Below are positions 34,835-42,190 of a DNA stretch of 42,190 nt, piece after piece (position 1 is the stretch's first letter; each line of letters starts with the position of its first letter). The translations under genes and the position numbers were made by a program. A model generated the notes under the pieces. The model searched no databases. It had not been told where the DNA came from and saw only the letters and a list, made by a program, of their open reading frames with translations. This DNA is from a virus. Its lineage: Duplodnaviria; Caudoviricetes. Location: positions 1-42,190 of IMG/VR virus record IMGVR_UViG_3300017766_002183; one strand, given 5' to 3'.

Positions 34835-35224
34835 TCAACCCCCTATCAAAACGAGTTTGACCAGTGCAGCACCCATCATGCCCAGGCCACCGAGCACACC
34901 CATGACCACCCAGGTGCGCAGCTCCTTGAGTCCGGGCAGTGTGATCTCGATGACCGACAGCCGTTTGTCCAGGTTGTCGGGCATGGCCATCTCGCACTTG
35001 CGGATTCGGGACTCGTGATCCTGAAAGGTCTGGGCGCCCATAGCCAGCCGGTCACCGGTAGCTTGCTGCCGCTCTTCGATACGCACCAAGCTACTCATCG
35101 CGTCGATGAGCTTGTCCAGTTTCTGGTCCATGTTGTCTACTACACCCTCAACGCGGGCGTGTCTTTGCTCTACCGCGGCAATACGCTCGGCAAGGGCTTG
35201 TTGCTCAAATACCTGTCGATCCAT
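34835..35224 (-). CDS. coiled-coil protein with C-terminal TM (lysis cassette)
   Basis: Coiled coil followed by WVVMGVLGGLGMMGAALVKLVL. Confidence 0.65.
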   Translation of the reverse strand: MDRQVFEQQALAERIAAVEQRHARVEGVVDNMDQKLDKLIDAMSSLVRIEERQQATGDRLAMGAQTFQDHESRIRKCEMAMPDNLDKRLSVIEITLPGLKELRTWVVMGVLGGLGMMGAALVKLVLIGG

Positions 35225-35519
35225 ACTGCACGGCCTTTATGTGTTTCCCTGTGGGTGACACCCGGTTTATCTTGAGCGCGATCTGCCATAGCAGCGCGTG
35301 ATCTGGGTGTTTCGTTTCGCGACATAGCCGCTCTAGTGTGTGGCTGATGGTGAGCTCGTAGGGTTTCGGCCACCCGTACATGAGCGCCCAAGTGGTGTGC
35401 GCGATCACCACGTCCACAACCCAAGCCACCAGTGCAAGCGGCAGCAAATACCAGTACCGCCACGGGTTGGACTCCCACAGCAGTGCAGGCTTGAGCAGGA
35501 GCAGAAGAATGTCGATCAT
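35205..35519 (-). CDS. hypothetical membrane protein
   Basis: Hydrophobic N-terminal half, TISHTLERL motif, ATGA coupling. Confidence 0.65.
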   Translation of the reverse strand: MIDILLLLLKPALLWESNPWRYWYLLPLALVAWVVDVVIAHTTWALMYGWPKPYELTISHTLERLCRETKHPDHALLWQIALKINRVSPTGKHIKAVQYGSTGI

Positions 35520-35932
35520 GCGTCCACCTGTGCAAAGGCCGTGGCCAGCGAGGGGGCTGCACCTATGGCCGTCAGCGCAATGGCCTGATACCGGGCAAAC
35601 AACACCGCCTCCACGGCTCCGGGCGTGTCGGGCAAGTCTTTGGTGATGTCAAGCAGAGCACCCGCAGCTGTGTCACAAGCCTCGGCAAGAGCCGCCTCAC
35701 CCCGGCGGCTGGCTCGGCCAGCAATGCCCGCCAAGCGGTCCAGAACTTGCTCGCGCACAGCGCGCACGGCCTGCTTTTTGGCGTCGATTAGCAGCGCGGG
35801 TGCGGGGGCCTCAACAGGCTCAGGGGTGTTGCCCTCTTCAAGCCACGCCAGGTAAGCGGGGTTTGTGTCAGGGTCTACAAACGCGCCGCTCTCAATGTGT
35901 TGCGGCCACCCTTGAGTCAGTCGGTAGTTCAT
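35516..35932 (-). CDS. tail fibre assembly/chaperone-like protein
   Basis: DPDTNPAYLAWLEEGNTPEP motif; TGATG coupling to the tail fibre gene; start reassigned to 35932. Confidence 0.7.
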   Translation of the reverse strand: MNYRLTQGWPQHIESGAFVDPDTNPAYLAWLEEGNTPEPVEAPAPALLIDAKKQAVRAVREQVLDRLAGIAGRASRRGEAALAEACDTAAGALLDITKDLPDTPGAVEAVLFARYQAIALTAIGAAPSLATAFAQVDA

Positions 35933-37407
35933 CAATACACCTCTGCGTCTGCTGTAAAGTGACCACGCACCCACTGACCAGCAGGAACACCATTCAGGCG
36001 TAGGTTCGCACCTTGTCGATTGGCATTTAAGAAGGTGAGGCCCACATCAAGCGCATCACTAGAACTACGCCAAGCAAGGTTCCCCCATGCCTGGGTGGGG
36101 TTTCGCGGCGTGACGTCTGGCACTCTGTCCATTTCTTCTTCAAAGCGCAAACTTACAGGGCAATCCGCAGGGGATGCGCTCGTGTTGACTTGGCTGTAAA
36201 TAGCGCCGTTATCGCCAGGCGAGGTGCCCAAAGGGCCGTCAAAGGATTTGTAAAAAAATCGTTTGCAAAGGCGAAGCTCGTCAGCAGGGAAACGGTGCTC
36301 AAACGCAGTAGCAACGGTGCCAAACTCAAGTTGCACCTCCGATGCTGTGCCGCCGATCAGCCGGATAGTTGCGTCTGTATTTACTGGAAGCGTGAAAACT
36401 TCACCTTTGGTTCTTGCAGTTCCGTTAACGGTTGCGGTTGCTGTTCCGACCCAGTTCAGCACATAGCTACCGCCTCGGATGTTGTAACCCCTGATAACCT
36501 GCTCAACCCCTCCAGCGGGTGCGGTGACAATTCGCCCGATACCAGAAGCGACAAAGGTAATCGACTGACCGGACACAACCACGCGCCAGCGATCTAGGGT
36601 GTACTTATTTGCGCCTGTAGTAGCGGTTCCAGATACATACCCCCACTCATTTACGCTGAAGTTGCCATTGATGAGCAGATTCCGAAAACCGCCCAGCGGC
36701 CCGCCGTTGGTGGAAACAAGCGAGTTCAGGCTTGTAATATCAGCGTTCGCACCAGATGCCGCTGCACCAATCGCCAAACGCGCAGCCGCCGCGTTTGCCG
36801 CGGCGAATACCGCACGGCCCACTGCCGTCGCGCCCAGTGCAGTCTGAGCCGCCACTTCGTCTACGGCGGCCACCACGTTCGCCATGAAAGTAGAGACGGA
36901 TGCGCTGGCAGCCCCCACAAAGTTCTGCAACGCGGTGCCTGCAGCATTCCACCCAAGCAACCCCAACGGTGTCGGATTAGGTAGCGATCCACTTGCGCCC
37001 GAGCTGATACCGAACGTCAGCACCCGGCTGAGTTTCTCGGCCAGCTGCTGGATCTGGATGGTGGCGCGGTCCAGCGCGTCGTTGATAACCTTGGGGTAAA
37101 AGCCGCCCAAGTTGGTCAGATCCGTGCCCTGCGTGTTCTCGATCTGGGTGGTCAAAGTCACCGTGGTGCCAGTCGCATGGGCTGTCACCAGCGTGAGCGT
37201 GCCGCCCGGCATGGCGTCCTGATCAGCATTCAGGCTCACCGTGTAATCGGTGCCCAAGGTGAGCGCGGTTTCTGCGCCCGTAGCAGTGACGGCTTTTACC
37301 GCCAGCACGTCGGCCGCCGTGAAAACCTTGAATTCAAAGGGCAAGGCTACCGATAGCCCGTTGCCGGGGTATGGGCCTGCCTTGCGGATAGTGCTGCTGA
37401 TAGTCAC
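35932..37407 (-). CDS. tail fibre protein
   Basis: T7-type N-terminal anchor (YPGNG...FEFKVF...DALDRATIQIQQL) and distal FRNLLINGNF...YTLDRW...VQLEFGTVATAFEHR domain; AAGGAG RBS. Confidence 0.88.
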   Translation of the reverse strand: MTISSTIRKAGPYPGNGLSVALPFEFKVFTAADVLAVKAVTATGAETALTLGTDYTVSLNADQDAMPGGTLTLVTAHATGTTVTLTTQIENTQGTDLTNLGGFYPKVINDALDRATIQIQQLAEKLSRVLTFGISSGASGSLPNPTPLGLLGWNAAGTALQNFVGAASASVSTFMANVVAAVDEVAAQTALGATAVGRAVFAAANAAAARLAIGAAASGANADITSLNSLVSTNGGPLGGFRNLLINGNFSVNEWGYVSGTATTGANKYTLDRWRVVVSGQSITFVASGIGRIVTAPAGGVEQVIRGYNIRGGSYVLNWVGTATATVNGTARTKGEVFTLPVNTDATIRLIGGTASEVQLEFGTVATAFEHRFPADELRLCKRFFYKSFDGPLGTSPGDNGAIYSQVNTSASPADCPVSLRFEEEMDRVPDVTPRNPTQAWGNLAWRSSSDALDVGLTFLNANRQGANLRLNGVPAGQWVRGHFTADAEVY

Positions 37408-37433
37408 GCGCGGGTACTCCTTGGGCTGTGCGC

Positions 37434-37466
37434 ATGGTCGCGCGAACCCAAGGCCTTACGCGCACC
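37434..37466 (-). promoter_or_regulatory. putative late promoter GGTGCGCGTA-N17-GACCAT
   Basis: Conserved 10-mer at 37457-37466 upstream of the tail fibre-lysis operon. Confidence 0.72.
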
Positions 37467-40400
37467 TTATGGCTCTTGGTAGCCGGTGAGTAGCACCCCG
37501 GGGTTCTCCGTTTTGCCGTCCACCAGCGCCTGCGCCCCGGTGATGGTGCGGTTAATCTGTGCGGCCGGCAGGCGCAGCAGGTCGCCCGCTGCGTTCACCA
37601 CCGCCTTGCGCAGCCCGTCGTCCATCTCGCCCTGCTTGGCTTGCAGTGCCAGCTTGTAGGCGTCCACGATCATGCGCACACCCGCAGGGCCTTGGTAGCC
37701 TCCCGCGTATTGCTGGGTGCCGGTGGCTGCTTGCACTGCCGCAGTGAACTCGCGCACGCCCACCATCAAGCCCATCAAGAAACTGAGCTGTTCGCCGGCC
37801 AGCTTCTTGAGAATACTCTCAGGGTCTTCCCAATCACCAGAGTCGCCGGCCGTCATCGCGTCCTTGAGGATCGCGCCCAGGATGGCGGGCACGGTGAACA
37901 GCAGCAGGTAGTCGGCGGCCAGTTTGGCCTTGTTGTCGGCCGTCATGGTCTGCCCCACCCCCAAGTTCAGCGCGGTGTTGAAGAACGAATAAAACACGGT
38001 GAACAGCTTGGACACCGGGCCGCCGCGCTCGATGGCGCTCAAGTCCTTGATGGTGCCGCTGCCCTGCGCGTCGATCACGGCCTGGTCGGCCAAGGCCACC
38101 GCGCGGTTTTCGTCGTTGCCCTCAGCCACGGCCTTCTCGTAGGCACCCCACCATGTCGGGGTGTCCACCAGTTGCTGGGCGCGCATCATCAGGAAGTAGG
38201 CCGATGCGTCAATGGCCGCACGGGTTTTGCTCACGCCTTTGACCTGGCTTCGCACCTCGGCGATCTCGCGCAAGCGGGTCAACGCACGGGTGCGCATGAA
38301 CTCGCTCTTTTCGTTGATCTCGTCCACTGTCTCCAGCGGGGAGCCCACGGCCTTGCTGATGCCCTTGCCCACCCACTTCGGCCCGATGCGCACGATGCTC
38401 TGGGTCAGGCCCAGCGGCTGCATCAAGGCAGACATCACGTTCAAGCCCAAGCCCGACACGCTCACGCCTTGGCGCAGCCATGCTGCTGCAGTTTCCCCTG
38501 CGTTCTGGGCACCACGGTCGCCGGTAGCGTTGTCTTCCACCCAGCTCTTGAATTGACGCACCACGTCCGGGCCGTAGCTGTTGCGGATCGCACCATCCAC
38601 TGCCTTGTTCTTCAGCAGCTTGTTGGTGTCGATCAGCCATTCGTGCCACGTCAGATCGTGAATCACCTCTTGCACGCCGTTGTAAATGCCATCCAGCGAG
38701 TACAGCAGCGGGCGGCCGGTGACCTCTTCCGCGCGGGCCTTGGTGAACGACCGGCGCGTGGTGGCGCTGGTGTAGGCGCCCTTGAGCTGCTGCCGTGCGG
38801 CCTCGGCGTCGGCGTGCTCTTCGGCCCGCACGCTGGCCCGGGTGTCGTACTTCACAGGATAGTAGCCACCGCGCAGCACTCCGAACGGGGTTTGCACCGG
38901 TACGGGCTCCACCCAGTTGGGTTCCTTGCCGTAGATCCGGCGCTCTTTGGCCGCGATCTGGGGGCGGTATGTCTCGAAGTGATCCCACACCGCTTGCACG
39001 AATTGCCAGTCGGCAGCGCTCAAGCTGTCCAGCACGGGCCGGATCTGGTCGATAGTCCAGCCTTCACCACCCAGCAGGCGCTGCTCGTTGCCCTTGTTGC
39101 CCATGTTCAGGGCGATGGCCAGGCGGGCCTCCTTGTTCAGGCTGCGCTTGATGGTCGGGAAGAATTGCCCCTTGCCGCCCATCTCGCCCTCTTTCAGCAC
39201 TGGCGCCACCAGCTTGGCCAGCTCCTTGGTGGCCTTCTCGCGCATCACCACCTCGGTGTCGCCTGCGATGTTGGCCGTGCGGATCAGGTACTCCCACACC
39301 GCCCCGCCGTCCTTGCCGCCGTCCATCACGCGCGCCCATGTGGCCACCTTGATGTGTGAGGCCCAGAAGTTCTTTAGGCTCTGCAATGCCAGCGCTGGCA
39401 AGGTGTTGGGTGTGCGGGTGTCAGCCGTGCGGCCCTTGGCGTTCTCGTCGATGCTGGTGGTGATCTCAGCCACCGCTGCCGCGAAGTCCCGATTCTCCTG
39501 CGCGGTCAGCAGCTTGCCCTTGAGTCGGCCCAAGTGCTCGATCTGCTTGATGGTGTCGTACAGGCCGCGCACCTCTTCCACCGTCATGTCCTTGACCGAC
39601 TTGCGGTATGCCTCTTGCAACAAGCCCTCGGGGATCTCAGGCTCCAGCCCCTGCTCGCGCTGAGACTCCACCCACTGCACCAGGCTCTTGCGCTTGTCGA
39701 TGGCTTTGAGGCTGGTGGCCTTGCGCAGATCGAAGCGCTCCAGCAGCGCGTGGATCTGGTCGGCATAGTCAGCATCCAGCGCGGGGCTGGTTTTGTCGAA
39801 CTTCTTGAAGTAGTCCAGCGCCTTGGTCACGTCGTCCTGCGCTTGGTATGCGGCTTTGGTGGCGTACAGGTTGATCAGCTGGTTGCGCTTGTGCTGGGTC
39901 TGTTTCGCCAAGTCCCCGCTGGCCTTGATCGCGGCCTTAGCAGCACGGGCCTCAGCGGCTGCGTACTGGTGGGGGCGCACCTCGCGCACCTTCAAGCGGG
40001 CAATGATCTCGGTGGCGTACTCGCGCGCAGCTCGGGCGAGCACGTCCACGGTGTGCCGTTTTCCGGGCACTTTCTCGCGCACACTGCTGGCTTTCTCCAG
40101 CGCTGCGAGCTCGGTGGCCACGAACTTGACGCGGGCCTCGTTGTGGATGGCAGCGTCCGCTGCGCGCTCCAGCCCTGCGGGTGTAGCCAGATCCCCGTGC
40201 TCTTCCAGCATGCGCTGGTCGGTCATACCCTCGATCACCGACTTGGGTGGCTCGGCGTCGGCCAGTGCGCGCACCAGCTCGTCGCCAGAGCTGAACTCAA
40301 ACAGTTCGGCCACCACGTCGGCGTCCAGCCCGGCGTCGTCGCTGGTCATGCGCAGCTTGGACAGCTTGCGCCAGATCGCGGTGTCGTCGGTCCCGTACAT

Positions 40401-42190
40401 GCGCCGCAAGTCGTCAGTGCGCAGCTTGCCGAATCCCACCTCGGGCAGATCCGGCAGGTTCTGGGGTGCGTCACCGTAGGCTGCAGCCATGTCGCGGCTG
40501 ATCGAGTAGCGATCTGTGCCGCGTCGCTGGTCGTCGAACAGTTCCTCGAACTTGGCGAGGTCAGCACTGCCGTTCTCGTCGGGCAGCATGTAGCCGTACT
40601 CCACCAAGCGCTCGGCCATGGCGTCCAAGCTCAGGCCGTCGGTCTTGCGCACCACCGGGGCGCCAAACACACCAGAGTCCAGTTTTTCCTTCTCGTCCAG
40701 CCCCCACTGGCTTTTAACCTGCGCGCGGTCCAGCCCGCCCAGCTTGGCAATGGCGGTGAATAGGTTGTCCACCTCGGGGTTGATCCCTTTGGCATTGCCC
40801 ACCGGCTTGGTGCCCTCTACCTTGTCCTGCTGCTTGCTGGTGAGGAACACCCACGCCCGGTATAGGGGCTGGCTCAGTACGTCGGCGCGCACGTCGGCCT
40901 CGATGTTCTTGCGCAGGGCGTTGTGCTGTTTTTGCAGCTGCTTGAGCTTACGGCTGCGGGCGTTGCGCAGCCATTGCATATCCCGCAGGCCCTTGCCCTG
41001 CAGCTCCTGAATGGCATCCTGCGTGGCTTGGGTGCCTTGGTCGTGGTAGGCCTTGAACTCGTCCAGAGTCATGCCGCCCTGCTCGGGTGTCTGGAACAGC
41101 GGGCCCATGCTGCGCGCTGCCTCGGCCTCTTGGATCTGCTCGGTGGTGGCGGTCATGCGGTCCATGACTGCGCGCACCTCGTCAGTGAGCTCCACGTCCA
41201 GCGTGTCGCCAATCAGGGAATCCTTGATGGTGCGGTACACATTCACCAGCCACGCGCGGAAGGTCTGGAACATGCGGGTGAGCTCCAAGCTGGGGCTCTT
41301 ACCCTCGAACGCATAGGCCTCGAAGCCTCGCGCCCATTTCTCGTGATGTGGCCGTTTCTGCTCCACACCCATCAGAGCCCACTGATCCAGTGCGCTCAGG
41401 TCTTGATCCCCGGCCACACCCATCCAGCGCAGGGTGGTGTTCATGTCGTCCAGGATCGAGCGCTCGCCCGCCCCCACCTGCTCGCCCGCGGCGATGCGCG
41501 CAGCGATGCGATTGGCCAGATCCGTCTGCACTTCTAGAAAGAAGTGCCCACTCTCGTGGATAAAGGTGGACAGGTCAGCCCCTTTAAGCAAGCTAATGAT
41601 GCTGGCCTGTTGGGTGATGTCGTTGCCGAATGCGATCTGCCCGCGGGCTTCTTGAAAGAACAAGTTGCCGAACTCGCCGATCTTGGCGGCGCGGTCGGCA
41701 TCGTCGCCCTTCTTGTAGGTGCGGATGTCAGTCACGCCCCGGGCGTTCAGGGCTTCGAGCACCTTGGGGTCCACGCCCTCGGGCACCACTGCGCCCTTGA
41801 ACTCGGCCAGATCCACGTCGCGCAGGATCTTGGCCTCGAAGTATTCCGTCGGCAGGTTTTTGAGCTTGGTCAGGAACTCGGCGACTTGCTGGGCGGCATT
41901 GTCGGGCGGTGTCGCACCGTCGCGGTAGTCGGCCATCGCGCGCTGGATGGCACGGGTGGCGCCCAGCTTGGCAGCGTCTTCCATCACCTCAATAGCCTGA
42001 TCCAGCGATAGGCCCAGCATGTCGGAGATGGCCACCATCTCGGCGTCCACTTCGGTCTTGACTTTCCCAAACGCGGCTCGATCCATCAGCCGGTTCTTGG
42101 CCTTGCGGATCTGGTCGATGCTCTTGAACTGCGGGGTGAACTTGGCGCGCAGGGAGCCCACTCCGTAGTTGAAGTTCTCACCGCCACGCA
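37467..42190 (-). CDS. 3' part of the giant internal virion polyvalent protein (continues from 3196 to 1)
   Basis: 1564-aa ORF in frame across the circular junction; contains STFIHESGHFFLE (HExxH) and a helical, partly hydrophobic C-terminus typical of podoviral ejection proteins. Confidence 0.88.
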   Translation of the reverse strand, partial: RGGENFNYGVGSLRAKFTPQFKSIDQIRKAKNRLMDRAAFGKVKTEVDAEMVAISDMLGLSLDQAIEVMEDAAKLGATRAIQRAMADYRDGATPPDNAAQQVAEFLTKLKNLPTEYFEAKILRDVDLAEFKGAVVPEGVDPKVLEALNARGVTDIRTYKKGDDADRAAKIGEFGNLFFQEARGQIAFGNDITQQASIISLLKGADLSTFIHESGHFFLEVQTDLANRIAARIAAGEQVGAGERSILDDMNTTLRWMGVAGDQDLSALDQWALMGVEQKRPHHEKWARGFEAYAFEGKSPSLELTRMFQTFRAWLVNVYRTIKDSLIGDTLDVELTDEVRAVMDRMTATTEQIQEAEAARSMGPLFQTPEQGGMTLDEFKAYHDQGTQATQDAIQELQGKGLRDMQWLRNARSRKLKQLQKQHNALRKNIEADVRADVLSQPLYRAWVFLTSKQQDKVEGTKPVGNAKGINPEVDNLFTAIAKLGGLDRAQVKSQWGLDEKEKLDSGVFGAPVVRKTDGLSLDAMAERLVEYGYMLPDENGSADLAKFEELFDDQRRGTDRYSISRDMAAAYGDAPQNLPDLPEVGFGKLRTDDLRRMYGTDDTAIWRKLSKLRMTSDDAGLDADVVAELFEFSSGDELVRALADAEPPKSVIEGMTDQRMLEEHGDLATPAGLERAADAAIHNEARVKFVATELAALEKASSVREKVPGKRHTVDVLARAAREYATEIIARLKVREVRPHQYAAAEARAAKAAIKASGDLAKQTQHKRNQLINLYATKAAYQAQDDVTKALDYFKKFDKTSPALDADYADQIHALLERFDLRKATSLKAIDKRKSLVQWVESQREQGLEPEIPEGLLQEAYRKSVKDMTVEEVRGLYDTIKQIEHLGRLKGKLLTAQENRDFAAAVAEITTSIDENAKGRTADTRTPNTLPALALQSLKNFWASHIKVATWARVMDGGKDGGAVWEYLIRTANIAGDTEVVMREKATKELAKLVAPVLKEGEMGGKGQFFPTIKRSLNKEARLAIALNMGNKGNEQRLLGGEGWTIDQIRPVLDSLSAADWQFVQAVWDHFETYRPQIAAKERRIYGKEPNWVEPVPVQTPFGVLRGGYYPVKYDTRASVRAEEHADAEAARQQLKGAYTSATTRRSFTKARAEEVTGRPLLYSLDGIYNGVQEVIHDLTWHEWLIDTNKLLKNKAVDGAIRNSYGPDVVRQFKSWVEDNATGDRGAQNAGETAAAWLRQGVSVSGLGLNVMSALMQPLGLTQSIVRIGPKWVGKGISKAVGSPLETVDEINEKSEFMRTRALTRLREIAEVRSQVKGVSKTRAAIDASAYFLMMRAQQLVDTPTWWGAYEKAVAEGNDENRAVALADQAVIDAQGSGTIKDLSAIERGGPVSKLFTVFYSFFNTALNLGVGQTMTADNKAKLAADYLLLFTVPAILGAILKDAMTAGDSGDWEDPESILKKLAGEQLSFLMGLMVGVREFTAAVQAATGTQQYAGGYQGPAGVRMIVDAYKLALQAKQGEMDDGLRKAVVNAAGDLLRLPAAQINRTITGAQALVDGKTENPGVLLTGYQEP
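42068..42190. repeat. 123-bp terminal direct repeat, right copy
   Basis: Identical to 1-123. Confidence 0.95.

Noticed and set aside
35910-35920. CCTTGAGTCAG matches 11 nt of the unit-3 dinucleotides joined without gaps
   Set aside because: Only 11 of 16 nt match, which is roughly expected by chance across three guides and both strands of 42 kb. Not accepted as a self-target. A full gapped search could not be done by eye.
33923-37407. BPP-1-type diversity-generating retroelement
   Set aside because: No reverse transcriptase ORF and no template/variable repeat pair seen near the tail fibre gene.
37641-40763. Long + strand ORFs (572 aa, 409 aa) and similar antisense ORFs elsewhere
   Set aside because: Shadow frames opposite high-GC genes, with no RBS or recognisable motifs.

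Overview
The window is an apparently complete, circularly permuted genome of a temperate, GC-rich podovirus with BPP-1/APSE-type gene content. Bases 1-123 are identical to 42068-42190, giving a 42,067-bp circle. A betaproteobacterial host is inferred but not shown. The minus strand carries the late module: TerS, TerL, portal, a tailspike-like depolymerase, scaffold, major capsid, tail tube A/B, a GNAT protein, internal virion proteins (including a ~2,598-aa protein split by the contig ends), tail fibre and lysis genes. The centre holds a primase-helicase, a repeat-rich candidate origin and a cro/repressor switch. The plus strand carries DUF2800 nuclease, DUF2815 SSB, DNA polymerase A, VRR-NUC, SNF2 helicase, excisionase, tyrosine integrase and an attP that reproduces the 3' part of tRNA-Leu(CAG). 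The standout is a ~1.35-kb cassette between the SSB and polymerase genes. It has a three-unit non-coding array, each unit being 7-8 phased GCN-NN (mostly GCA-NN) pentamers followed by a conserved hairpin. Directly downstream are a stand-alone RAMP/Cas7-like gene and a coupled accessory gene. This looks like a compact, non-CRISPR RNA-guided system in which the variable dinucleotides carry the targeting information. All protein calls come from motif and synteny recognition by eye; no database searches were run.
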